In this document: piece by piece, positions 49,331 to 62,360 of the stretch
Layout: each line of letters opens with the position of its first letter
Position numbering within the stretch: position 1 is the stretch's first letter
From: Schmidtea nova
Taxonomy: Eukaryota
Direction: 5' to 3'
NCBI GenBank assembly: GCA_044892505.1
Contig: CM097883.1
Span: 408,456,001-408,520,000, forward strand
Length of the DNA stretch: 64,000 bases
Program-made: the position numbers and the translations under genes
The notes under the pieces: generated by a model
Databases searched by the model: none
The model's input: only the letters and a program-made list of their open reading frames with translations
What the model was told of the DNA's origin: nothing

Positions 49331-50365
49331 GAAAGCTAAATTTCGAGCATACAGATTACACACCCGAACTCAGGTAACTGCAATGAGTAATTAAACGCAA
49401 ATTACACATAATAAAGAAAAGTTATGAAGTCTCTGTATAATTTTGGTTACGGTAAATATTTATTTGTTTGTATATATTTTGTTATTTAAGAAATATTTCT
49501 TAACATATTGTTTTAAAAACTAATACAATTTATAATTCACTCGACTTAATTTTTGTTTCTAGAACAATATGAATTATTATTTACTCTTATTGTTTACTAT
49601 TCGATTCACGCAAAACGGAAAAGGATATATGATAAATTCTTTATTATATATTGAAACAGTTTCGTTNNNNNNNNNNNNNNNNNNNNNNNNNNNNNNNNNN
49701 NNNNNNNNNNNNNNNNNNNNNNNNNNNNNNNNNNNNNNNNNNNNNNNNNNNNNNNNNNNNNNNNNNNNNNNNNNNNNNNNNNNNNNNNNNNNNNNNTGGT
49801 TAATAATATAATGTTACAAAATAAATTTTAAATTTTCATTTTATTCATTATATATAAAAAATATAAATATTTATGATTATTATATTTAGTTTTTATATAA
49901 AAATAATTTAAAATTTCTAAAATAGAACAAAATTGAACAAAGCAAAAAATGTTAATCATAACGTTTAGATTTTATTTTATTTTAAAAATTTATTTCTAAT
50001 AAAATTTCAATAATTTAACATTTTATTTTAAAATTTTTATTCATATTTAACATTTAAATTTTGTTATTTGACACGAAAAATAACCCAGAATAACTGGTGA
50101 AAATTTCATTAGACTCATAAAAAATATTGTGAATTTTTATTTTTAAGATAAATAAAATATAATTTTGAAATTACACTCATTTTTAAACGTAAATATAATT
50201 AATTTAATAATAATTTAATTAATTCATTTAAATATTATTTGTTTTATCGCTTCATATAAATGCATTATTATCATCAAATCGGATTAGATCAAAGTTTCCT
50301 ATTCGGTAAATATTTTATTAATATTAATATTTTCATAAATTTTTTGTCAATTGTTCTAGAGAGAC

Positions 50366-53300
50366 ATGAAGAGTTTATGGGAAACAATGAGAGAAATAAC
50401 CTTTGAAGGCTGCCAGCTAGTTACTAACGAAATGAAATGCATAATTTGCAAAAATATTCTGATAAATGCCCATAGCGGACCTTGCGGTTGTCTTTACTGT
50501 TTCGATTGCATCGAGGCTCACTTGTCAAAAGAAGTCCAATTTTGTCCTGGAAACACTGAGCAGTGCCAAGCGAAAAAGTTAAAGGTCAAAGAAGACATTG
50601 TCGTAGATCGCTCAACAAACATTGTAATTTCCAAACTGTTGGTGAAATGTCCGATGAAGAATTGCGAATTCAAAGATGAATTGAATAGAATCGAGAACCA
50701 CTTGCGAATCTGCAACATGAGACGAGATAAATGTCCTTACTTTGAGATCGGATGCAAAGAATCAGAAATCGCAACAGAGGATTTGAATGATCATATTCTA
50801 CTTGAACTTACCAACCATTCGAAGCTCTTATTGGAATCTATGGATATTTTAAGAAATGAAGTCGAATCGTTGAAACGAGACGTGGAAAGGTTACGAGTTG
50901 AAAAGAAGTTATTGGCTGATGAAATTGAACTCTTAAAGGTCAATGGAGCTGTGAAAGAAGTAAATATTTTTATTGGGTATTTTCGAACAAGTTTTTTCCA
51001 ATAATGTTGACTGATTGTTGGCACTGAAACATTTTATCCTTCAAAGGTCTCAGGTTAATAAACATTCAGAAAATGATATATCCTTGATTTGTCATGCTTC
51101 TAATACCTTTATAATCTCCCCTTCCTTATATTGGCTCAATACGACAAGACCGCTGATATTTACACCCTAAACCTTAATAGGTCCTTGACTCTCCTCTACT
51201 GTTATGGTATCATAGCGTGAATTCGGTAAGTGAATCACAAAATAATCAAAAATAAAATGTAAAATGAGAGGAAGTCTTATACTGATATGAAATCAACATT
51301 CTTAAACTTGTAGAACTCGAAGAGATGTCTAAACCTTCTAAGGAATTCAGCAAAAATATACTTTCTTTAATATTTTCGGGTTGTTCAAAAGGGTGAGTAA
51401 AAGTTAACTGAAAATTAAATAATGAAATTGAAAAATATACAAATCATAATTTTCTGTAGAAAAGTGAAAACATGTAACAAATGAAAAGAATAAAAACAAA
51501 TTTAATAACGTTATATTTGTTGGGGTTGCATAAATATGTACAAATAATGGGTTAAAGAGCAAATATTTAAATGCAAAACATGTTAAACTGAACATTTAAA
51601 TTAAGAGCAAAACTAAGTAAAAAATTAATTATAATCAAAAATCAATATTTTCCGGGGGAAATGATATAACAAATAGAAAGTTAAAGACGAATATAATAAT
51701 TAAGTAAACTTTATGAAAGTCTTCAGGCAAAGGAATCACAAAAAAAATAAAATTTAATTAATTAATTAATTATTCAAAAAAATTGTTGATAATGTGACTG
51801 ATGAATTGGCGGCCAATCAGATTGAAGTTCAATAGTGGATAATTAGATTTTCTTTAGAGCTCAGAAATCACGATTGAGAGATGATCAATAATTGACAGAT
51901 TTGGTGAGTCGTAATTAAAATAGTCAACATAGTGGAAATTCTGGTGATTTTTTAGATTTAGTTAATAATTTGGTCTATGAAAACCGGAACATCCACCATA
52001 CCAGACTGGGGAAAAATCTCATAACAAAAAAAGAGAAAACTTAGAGAAACCGGACAAGTATTAAATGGAAAATTTATTGTCGAAATAGTAAATTTTCAAA
52101 ATTAAGTTAGGAAAAAAATTATTGTTTCTTCTCAAGGCATCATTTGTTTCAAATATCTCTTGAGTCGTTCACATTTGGTAAACTCATTCAATTTTGAAAA
52201 GTGCTGATATTGATTTTTTGTGCAAATTTGTTATAAAGAAATGAACTTTGCTACTTATTGGCCACTAAATTATTTTGATTAAACAAACATACTGAGTCAG
52301 TGCAAAATAAAACCCAACAAGTGTAAATATTTCAGATAGAAAATCCATTTTTCCATGACTATTAGGTTGTCCGGAATGAAATGTCCGAATAATATATAAT
52401 AATTTTAAATCATTATAACTTTATATAAAATGTATTTCTTTATTTATAAGGCGCTTATTTAAAATTCAAATATTAAGTAAGATTTATAATAATTTCATTG
52501 CTATAAATTTCAATTTCAAATAGAAATGTACAAGTTAGAAAATCATGACTTGAGACTTCTTTATTTATATGAGTAGAAATCGAAGAACAATTCATTTGAG
52601 GCGGATAGGAATATTATTAATGCTTTTGAGAGCAATACAGAATGAAAGAACGGTAAAACTGTATTTTAGCGTTTTTTATTATTGTTTAGTCGATGCAAAT
52701 TTATTTCAAAATTATTTCAATTTTAAACTGTTAAACCGTCAACATGGCCGGTCGACCGCGCAATATGCGAATTAATATAGTTAAACCCGCACGTATTATT
52801 CCAACTGTCAACATTGAAGTTGAGCAATGGCGAATGATCATTCTGTCTGTCGAAATCCAAACCGCAGCAGCCCTGGAACCACTAATACTTCAGCACATAT
52901 TACCAGGGACACATATTATGAGCGATGGTTGGTCCGCGTACAGAGGCATCTCAGGATTATCCTATGGCATTTACATGCATTCCGTTGTTGTGCACGACCA
53001 ACATTTCGTCGATCCGAACGATTCTTGACGTTTAATCTACATTTAAGTAAATCCCCGTGTTTGTGTGTTTTTATTTACATAAACTTGTAATATAAACATG
53101 TATTTGTCTTTCAATAATAAAAAACGTTTTTTTTGTAAGGAAAAAAAATTTAATAAAAAACGCTAAAATACAGTTTTACCGAAAGAACTATTAGAAGTTG
53201 GTTTAAAAAATTGGTTGATAACGGAGAAATTGATCTCGAAAATATGCCTCGCGGTAGAACCAATATCAAGCTGTCGGAGGAAGATCTAAGTGAAGCTGTT

Positions 53301-54245
53301 GCTCAAAATTCAGCAATATCTGTTTGATGAAATGGCTATAGATCTATCTATCTCAAAAACAACCTTCCATGACAATATAAAGACAATCGATATGGTCAAA
53401 ATGCTTCAAAAATGGGTCCCACATGAATTGACTGAATTGCAGAAATTAAGCAAAATACAAACTTGCTTATCCCTTCAAGTCCGACTTCGAAAGTCATCTT
53501 TTCTTAATAATATTATTACCTGCGATAAAAAATGGATTCAATATGATAATCGTAAGCAGTCAGGTGAATGGTTGAATAAACATCAATGCCCAAATCAGTT
53601 TCCAAAACCGGAACTTCACCAAAAGAAAGGCATTTAAGTGTTTATATCAATAGAAGGAAGTTCAAAGATTCGGAGGAGATAAAATTGACAGTTATCACTT
53701 TCTTGGACTTCAGAAATGAGACTTTTTTAAAGAAGATATAGAAAAGCTCCCGCTATGATGGAAATAGTGTATTAATGATGATGGATCTTATTTTGGTTGA
53801 ATAATAAATGTTTAAATATATTTCTACGTCTTTTGAATTATAACCCATTTAGCGGACATTTCATTCCGGACAGCCTAATACCAGCAAAATTAAACGATTA
53901 AAAATGACAACCAAAGAAAATTAATTGAATTGAAAATTAGCACTTGTAAAAGGCACTGCTGAACATTCGTGTTGTTTTGGTAAAAGATTTTTTGATTTTT
54001 GTCTTTAAAATGAAAATATATGAAATCAATAATTTTCATATTAATAATAGTTCTCTAAATACCAAAGAAATTCTGATCTATAGTCATACAATTATTAAAA
54101 TGAAATTTATTCATATAGACAAAAAGAGATCAAAAGTGAAACCAAAAGATAATTATGATAAAATAAATGAAATTGAAGAAAAAAAGATCAAAAGTGATGG
54201 ATAACAAAGATTTTAATAATTATTGTGCCGACAGAAAATTTATCG

Positions 54246-54304
<59 letters not shown>

Positions 54305-54494
54305 CATAATTATCTTTTTTCACCTTTGATATTTTTTATTATTATTATTATTAATAATTCCCATAATGATGACTATCTATCAAAAACACTTGATAAAGAC
54401 TGCCGAAATATTGTATTATTGTTTATAAAAAAAATTTGATCTATAGTCATCATTATGAGAATTATTGATATTAATAATAATAATAATAATAATA

Positions 54495-54536
<42 letters not shown>

Positions 54537-55120
54537 ATTTATACAGTGTCGATTATTTTCAACATAAATATTTATGTTATTATTTTATTGATACAGTCAA
54601 CAATCTATTTCAACTTTGATCACAAGACAATTAACACAGTTAATATTAAATTATTCAAAAAAAATAATTTATTCTTATATCTTTTCAACTCTCTGGTTAT
54701 TTTTGTACACGATATGTAAATAGTTACTATAGCATTTTTAAATTTACTACTTTTAAACATATTCAGGAAAAGGCTGCAAAGGTTTTACAAAGCAATAATT
54801 ATTATATCAACGGAACGTCTATTAAAATTAATACACACACATGTACGCGATTATATAAATAAATCATGACATTTTCACAAATTTCTGGAAATACTTCAGG
54901 TGCCTCGGGTTCAATAAAATCTTTTAAGTCTCGGAGATTATTTTTTTACTTGTTTATACTTTTGTATTTAGATTCACCCGCGGAAAGAATTCGATTTGTG
55001 ATAGGCCAGGTGACTTGACAAGCATAATAAAAGATCCTATTCTTACACTGTAAGTAGCTAGAAGTGTGGAGCTGGGAACAAAGAACATGAGAGTCCTGGA
55101 CCTTCAAATTTTTTCAAACC

Positions 55121-55213
<93 letters not shown>

Positions 55214-58200
55214 TTCGAAAGGTAATTGAAAGGTGAGTATGGTGGTAATATCTTCGAAGGTTAATGGTGGATCAACCAGAAATGGAATTAGTGTCAAGGA
55301 AATATTTTTAAATTGATAAAACTAAACGAGGTGTCAAAAATGCTAAAATCACTAATGAATTAGAAGTCCGATAAAGATTCTGAAAAATGGGTTAATAGTA
55401 GAGTAGTGTTGGGTTATTATTGTGAAGTCGGTAATTTCTGACTCCTGTGTTCTCTTTCAATCACGAAAATAAATGAAACCCAACACAATAACTTTATATT
55501 ATTTTTCCAATGAACAATAACACTTTTTATCACAGAAAGTTACTAATGCTCTGCACTCTTCCGCGTGAGGGTAGAACACCCAATGGGATATCTCCCTCTC
55601 TGACACGCAAGAAGATTTAAATTCAATTTCTACCTTTGGTTTTTCTCTACACGCTTCCTCCAAATAGCTTCGTTGTTTGACAAGTTCTGTTTATGCTTGA
55701 AATTTATCTTTGACCACTTTTGGCCCGAGAAATTAGCTTTGACCAACTGGCCATATCGGCAATTTGCTCTCCGTTTATTTAATACTTTTTTTTGTCATCC
55801 TGTCGGCTTAATTGGATCTGTCGAAAATGGTATAATTAAATTTGTTTGACCGCCGCCAAATTGAGTTTCGCCGCTAATGGTTTTTCGGTTCTTCCCGGGG
55901 AATTCAATTAATTTCGATAATTAATTGATTTTGTTGATGCCCCGGGTTTCCCACATCGCTCGGGTTTCCCATTAGCTCGGGTTTCCCATTAGCTCGGGTT
56001 TCCCATTAGACGATTAATTATTTTTAATTAATTTGTATTTTCTTAATTTATCTTTCTGGGGGTCCCTTTTCAATTTTATATACCCATATTTGAATTTGTC
56101 TCATCATTTGCCATCCTCCCATACCCTTTTCCCCCGTTGAATCTTTATTTTTGAATTTTATAATTTTTTAATTAATGTTTGTACTTCAATTATTATTTTT
56201 CCAATTTTCGTATTTTTATCGATTTGCACGATTTTTTTTAAGCCTGTTCAGCCAACCATAACAGTAGTAGTGAATGGTTGAAGAGTTGAATGTATTGAAG
56301 AACAGAAAAAACACAAAATTATATTAAAACACGAAACCATTAATTCGTTAATTAAAAGAACTTGAAATCTGTAAACAACTGGAACTTGGGAAACCATTTT
56401 AATGACAGGAGGATTAATGGGAGCAATAGGGGAAAGATTATTGTAAGAGAAGCTCCTTATAAGATAATAAGTTAATTTTTATATGAGAAGTCACCGAGCG
56501 AAGTTCGTCAAGGGATAATCAAGATATGTGATTTGATTCTAAGTCATTAATTAAAGAGATTAATTTACTACTTAAATCGTAAACAATCGACACTTTCTCT
56601 CAGATAGAGAAGAAGAAACGTGAAATAGGATTATTGTAGTTAACGCTACAAGAAGTAAAAGCCTCGTTATACGGCCAAGGTAAGTTCTTAAAAAATTGGC
56701 CGTAAAGCGAAATACCGCATGACTAAGCAATCCGAAAAAAGTTCAGTTTTTCTCTAACAAAAGAAGAATTGCTAGACTTTTGTGAGGATTGACTAGTTAT
56801 GCAACTTTTCGATAAAACAACAGTTTTAAAAGAACGTACAAAGGTCGTATAACTAGGTACAGATGTAATACGAAACTTTAAAAAAATCTAGAATAATAAT
56901 AAAGATATCTAATCAGTGGAATGAAGAATCGAAAGTTATTTAAGGGGATTATTATTTCATTGCGCAAGGCTTCGCTATTTGGTGGCAGTGGAGACGAGAC
57001 TATCGGTTATTATTCATTGTGTTTGAAACGATTCAATTCTAAATATTTATTTATTTATTTTTATAGCTGAACGCAAATGGTCAGAGATACCGAATGCTGT
57101 TAATTTAATTATTTTAAACTTAACATAATTTATTAATCATAATTATCTTTTTGTTTCACTTTTGATCTTCTTTTATTTATATCAATAATTTCCATAATGG
57201 TATGACTAGAGATTAAACTTTTTATTAACAAGTGAACAATATTTCCGCTGTGCCGAAATGTGGTGTAAAATAAATAAACTGTAAAATAAATAAACCAAAC
57301 TTTAATTAATTAAATAAAATTAAGATTCTAATAAAATTAAGATTCTAAAAAAAATTTTAAAAAAAATAAAATTAATAAAATTAAAAAAGATTAATAAAAT
57401 TAATAAAATAAAATTAATAAAATAAAATTGATAAAATTGATAAAATAAAATAATAATGCTAATTAATAATAATTAATAATAATAATTAATAAATAATAAA
57501 ATTAATAAAAAAAAATTAAATTAATAAAATTAAAAAGATTCTAATAAAATTAAGATTCTAATAAAATTAAGATTCTAAATAAAATTAATTAATTAAAGTT
57601 TGGTTTATTTATTTTACACCACATCCGCTGTGCCGAAATATTTTGTACTTGTTAAAACAAATTTTGATATAAATAATTTATTAATATAAAAATGAAAAAT
57701 TAACCCCGCAGATGGTGACAGAACCGTGGGAACAAGACAATGGTGGGAGTTTAATTGAATTTAACGACGATATAGAGATTTCCTTTTACAACAGTTTTTT
57801 GGGGGATGTTAGCGAAAACAAACAGGTTGGGAATAGTAATTACTAATTATAAATAATTATAATCGAATTTAGATATATGTTAATATAAATAATGAAACAA
57901 CCAATCAATGGAAAAGAAATCCAAATCAGCCAATGAAAGTTTGAAGATAAAAATCAATTTCATTTTAAACATAATCAATAGGATAAATGGTCCAATGGGA
58001 TCGCAGATGCCCAATGTGAGAAAACTGTCCATTTCACGGATAAATCCACAAAATCCATCGAAACTAATATACAAAATCTACAAGCGCAAATTCTGAAAAT
58101 CGAATCGGATTTGGAAAAGCAGAATTTCGGAGACTTTTTATGGATAGTCGAAAACTGGACACAGAAATTGCACCAGGCAAAATCGGCGAATAGGTTGAGT

Positions 58201-58587
58201 TTTTTCAGTGAGGCATTTTACACGCATAGATACGGATACAAACTTTGCTTGAGGATTTATCCCATCGGAATTGGGGAAGGAAAGGATACTCATTTGTCGG
58301 TGTTTTTCCATGTCATGTCCGGAGAGTTTGATGACATGTTATCGTGGCCTTGTAAGTTTGATATTACATTCCAAATTCCCGATCAAGAATCGGGATCGTT
58401 TCATGTGACCCAGTCGACCAAGTATGGAAATAAACCGAATTCATCCTCGTACCGAAAGCCGATCAATCACAGAAATATTGGAATTGGCATTCCGAAATTT
58501 ATTGGACTCGAAGAATTAAATTCCAATCTCAATTTGAGGAAAAATGACAAACTATTCATAAGATGCACCATAAACATGAAATTATAA
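50366..58587 (+). CDS. TRAF-like gene, RING-ZnF-coiled coil-MATH, ~459 aa; exons 50366-50959, 57712-57825, 57873-57938, 57982-58587
   Basis: RING CIIC...PCGCLYCFDC, zinc finger CPMKNC..H..C..CPYFEIGC. Phase-0 donor after VKE at 50960; 47- and 43-nt phase-0 introns. MATH motifs FLWIVENW, FSEAFYTHRYGYKLCLRIYP, HLSVFFHVMSGEFD..WP, GIPKFI. Extra small exons inside the 6.75-kb intron cannot be excluded. Confidence 0.85.
52362..53878 (+). mobile_element. Internally deleted mariner element interrupted by a Merlin insertion
   Basis: TA-flanked TIRs TTAGGTTGTCCGGAATGAAATGTCCG and CGGACATTTCATTCCGGACAGCCTAA; WVPHEL and ITCDKKWIQYDN motifs. Confidence 0.9.
52652..53180 (+). mobile_element. Merlin (IS1595/ISXO2-like) deletion derivative, 529 bp
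   Basis: TIR GGTAAAACTGTATTTTAGCGTTTTTT and its inverse; 8-bp TSD GAAAGAAC; transposase remnant HILPGTHIMSDGWSAY...HDQHFVDP. Confidence 0.9.
54070..54540. repeat. Penelope family B pLTR remnants, partly inverted, with a degenerate hammerhead at ~54386-54415
   Basis: GATCTATAGTCAT and AAAGATCAAAAGTGAAA..GATAATTATGATA blocks; ACACTTGATAAAGACTGCCGAAATATTGT. Confidence 0.65.
55407..56263. mobile_element. Solo LTR (857 bp), Ty3/Gypsy type
   Basis: TGTT...AACA termini, 4-bp TSD GTAG on both sides, internal 17-bp tandem repeats. Confidence 0.75.
57258..57624. mobile_element. AT-rich palindromic element (367 bp) with ATGTGGTG termini and a perfect 13-bp TSD
   Basis: CCGCTGTGCCGAA at 57245-57257 and 57625-57637; same arms as 44092-44960. 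Confidence 0.85.
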
Positions 58588-58771
58588 ATTTCATTTATTA
58601 TTATTTATATCTTTGTCCCCGTTTTATTTATTGGAAAGCTCGACTTTTGTATGCGAGGGCTAATTAAATCTGCAAAGACTTTTCTTCTCAACATTTTGAC
58701 TATTGCTATTTTTAACATTAATCTACTTATAAAGGTCTTTTCAGTAAGGTCGATGGGATTTTAGCATATGA

Positions 58772-58990
58772 TATCAGGAAGATGGTGCTACGGCAAACAA
58801 CGTTCGGAAGACAATAAATTTGTTGCGGGAAAAATTTACAAATCATGTCTTCTCAAAAATCAGTGACTTGAAATGGACTTTGTGACCACCTGAATTGATG
58901 CCTATACGCTTTTTCGTGTGAAGCTACCTGAAGCTGAAGTCTATATCAACAAACAGCGGACTTTCAAGGAACTGAGGGACGACACTTCAG
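58772..58990 (+). pseudogene. Tc1/mariner-superfamily DDD/E catalytic-domain remnant
   Basis: YQEDGATAN...LLREKF...W..*PPELMP..FFV*SYLK resembles FQQDGA...WPPRSPDLTPLDFFLWGYLK. Confidence 0.7.
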
Positions 58991-60899
58991 ATTAAACTTA
59001 GTAAATTAGACTGGTTAAACAGCAAACGTTGATACAATTGTTAGAAACATGAAAAGTAGTCAACTTATTAATGATGACTACAGAATAGGAAAAAATATCT
59101 AGAACATATGTATATGTAGACAGCAATCAAGATCAAACAATGGACCGAATGACAATTTATTTTTGACAATATAATTATGACACTTTATCAATTTACAATT
59201 TGTGATCTTGCGAACATTTATTGACATTTTTTTATTTTATGGCGATGGACACAATTAATGATAAAATTTTACGTCCCAGAAACTTTCATCATGATCCTAC
59301 TGGGATATTTTCAAATGGTCCATAAAAGCCTATTGGGACTTATTATCCCAGGACTTTCTAGGATATTCAGAAGCGCCACGATTACAAAAATGAGAATATT
59401 TCATATTTAGGTCAATATTAACAAGTTCCAATATATAAATTTAGCATAGTGTCATTAGCGGAAAGTCGGTGCGAAAGGGTTAAAGAATATTTTGTTTTGA
59501 AAATATTTTATGTAAATTAATTTTTTAAACTATTTGGAAAATGGTTTATATTTTAATTCAATAAAATAAATAAATAATGTTGATAGTTAAAATGAATTAA
59601 AATAAATAAATAACTGTTTGTTTAAATAACTTATATTTATGATCTACAAGGGTCAGTAAAAGGAAATAATATTCCGAGATTAAAATGCAATACTGTATTG
59701 AAAACAATTTCAATCAGTTCAAGTAGAAAAATAACAAACATTATTGGCAGATTAAGTGCCTTAAAAATTAGTACTTAAACTCACTGATGTTTTAGTCAAA
59801 TCACTAAAAAATCTTCGCTTAAGACAAATTTCTTAGTTGTTATCGACTATCTTCACAACATAGAATCGTTTCCAGTGAATTTTCTGAAATTCTGTGAAAA
59901 TAAATATTTATTATAACTTAAATTACTTTACTTACGATGATATTTCATCATTTTCACGAAAACTTAAAGTAGATTCCTCAGATTCAATTATAGAAATTTT
60001 ATCGGCTATTTTAATTTTCAATATTTCTGATGATTAAAAATTTCTATGTTTTGTGTTTGTGTGTGCTTATTTTCTTTTCTATCTCTTTTTCTAGCACATA
60101 ATAAATGAGCCTTTGACTAAAACAGCAATGAATAAGGTACATGTTGAGTAGAGTAGGGGGAGCGCCCAAGAACAGGAACAGACCCCCCCTAAAAAAAATT
60201 TTTTACCCCCCCCAAAAAAAAATTTTGTTTAAATGAAGTGAATTTTTAAAAATTTTTATTTTGTTTAAATTAAGTGAATTTTTTATTTTNNNNNNNNNNN
60301 NNNNNNNNNNNNNNNNNNNNNNNNNNNNNNNNNNNNNNNNNNNNNNNNNNNNNNNNNNNNNNNNNNNNNNNNNNNNNNNNNNNNNNNNNNNNNNNNNNNN
60401 NNNNNNNNNNNNNNNNNNNNNNNNNNNNNNNNNNNNNNNNNNNNNNNNNNNNNNNNNNNNNNNNNNNNNNNNNNNNNNNNNNNNNNNNNNNNNNNNNNNN
60501 NNNNNNNNNNNNNNNNNNNNNNNNNNNNNNNNNNNNNNNNNNNNNNNNNNNNNNNNNNNNNNNNNNNNNNNNNNNNNNNNNNNNNNNNNNNNNNNNNNNN
60601 NNNNNNNNNNNNNNNNNNNNNNNNNNNNNNNNNNNNNNNNNNNNNNNNNNNNNNNNNNNNNNNNNNNNNNNNNNNNNNNNNNNNNNNNNNNNNAATTTAT
60701 TTTAATTTTAATTAATTTTAATTAATTTTAATTTATTTATTTTAATTTATTTTTAATTTATATTTAATAATTTATTTTAATTTTAATTAATTTTTATTTA
60801 TTTTAATTTATTTATTTTTATTAATTTTTAATTTATTTTTTATAATTTATTTTTAATAATTTATTTTAATTCAAAATAAATTTTCGGTTCAGTGGGAAA

Positions 60900-61890
60900 A
60901 ACTTAGAAAAAATTTTAAAAATAATAATACACTTAGAATAACTTAGAAAAAATTTTTTAAATAATAATAATAATAATAATAATAAAAACTTAGAAAAATA
61001 ATATTAATAATAATAATAATAATAATATCATAATTATCTTTTTTCACCTTTGATCTTTTTTTATTATTATTATCAATAATTCTCATAATGACTATAGATA
61101 AAAATTTTTTTTTATAAACAATAACACAATATTTCGGCACAGCCTTTATCAAGTGTGTATTTCTATCGTTATATTTACTTAATCCTAAATAGTAGCCTTA
61201 ATTATTTTTTTAATATTTTATAATGATTTTATTGGATGAAAAAATTTATTTTATTTTAATTTTTTTGTGCGAATTGAATGTTGATGGACGGTTTGTATTT
61301 TTTTATGAAAAAAGTCTCGGAAGCTAATCTTTGTAATGAATTTTTGAATCCCTCTTGTAGGATCTGGCATTTTGTTTCTTCTATAGATGGAGTTGTTTTA
61401 TGTACTTTTTCCCAGTGTTCGTAATAATTACTGGTTTTGATTTTAGTATGTTCATTAAGTCGGGTGCGAAAAGTTCTATGTGTTTCTCCTATGTAAGTAG
61501 CGTCACATTTTTGACAAGAAAGTTTATATACTATATTTTTGGAAAAGCAAAAGCATCGGGTTGTGGAACGACAAAGACATTTATGTTTGGAGATGTTGGA
61601 AATTGGTGGCTTTCGGAGTTGTGATTTTAACGGTGCGGAGGTTATGAACGTTGGACGGATGTGGATAGGCAAATCTGTTTGATTAAAAATGTTGGTGATT
61701 TTGTTGGCTATAGTGTCATTTAGGAAAGGTAATCTTAGATATGTTGTGTGTTTGTTATTGTTATTGTGTTTCTGGCGTTTTCTATTGTTGCGTTTATTGT
61801 GGTATGGTTCGTTAAGGAAGTGTTTCTTTACAAAGTCTTCAGGGTATCCATTTTGGAGGAATCGTATTTTGAAGTTTTCTAATGTTTCTT
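60900..61890 (-). mobile_element. Penelope-like retroelement (family B): RT thumb, GIY-YIG endonuclease and pLTR; one frameshift
   Basis: QNGYPEDF and YLRLPF thumb motifs; IVYKLSCQKCDATYIGET.R....RLNEH and E..FIKKYKPSINIQ endonuclease motifs (61672-61256); downstream repeat with a hammerhead-like motif. Confidence 0.88.
61124..61156 (-). ncRNA. Minimal hammerhead-like motif with a U3:A8 core variant (family B pLTR)
   Basis: ACAC-TTGATAA-A-GGC/TGT/GCC-GAA-ATAT-T-GTGT, about 100 nt after the endonuclease stop. Confidence 0.6.
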
Positions 61891-62360
61891 ATTATTATTA
61901 NNNNNNNNNNNNNNNNNNNNNNNNNNNNNNNNNNNNNNNNNNNNNNNNNNNNNNNNNNNNNNNNNNNNNNNNNNNNNNNNNNNNNNNNNNNNNNNNNNNN
62001 NNNNNNNNNNNNNNNNNNNNNNNNNNNNNNNNNNNNNNNNNNNNNNNNNNNNNNNNNNNNNNNNNNNNNNNNNNNNNNNNNNNNNNNNNNNNNNNNNNNN
62101 NNNNNNNNNNNNNNNNNNNNNNNNNNNNNNNNNNNNNNNNNNNNNNNNNNNNNNNNNNNNNNNNNNNNNNNNNNNNNNNNNNAAAAAACTTAGAAAAATA
62201 AAAATAATAACAAACTTTTAAAAACTTAGAAAAATCTTTTAAAATTATAATAATAATAATAAAAACTTAGAAAAAATTTTTAAAATACTATTATCACAGT
62301 CTAAATAATACAATAAAATAGATAATTAATAAGAACAAAAAAGAAATAAAATACAAATAT

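Noticed and set aside
33959-62201. Long ORFs full of X (e.g. 37731-38753, 39075-39755, 44194-44625, 60261-60725, 61689-62201)
   Set aside because: They are read-throughs of N gaps, not coding sequence.
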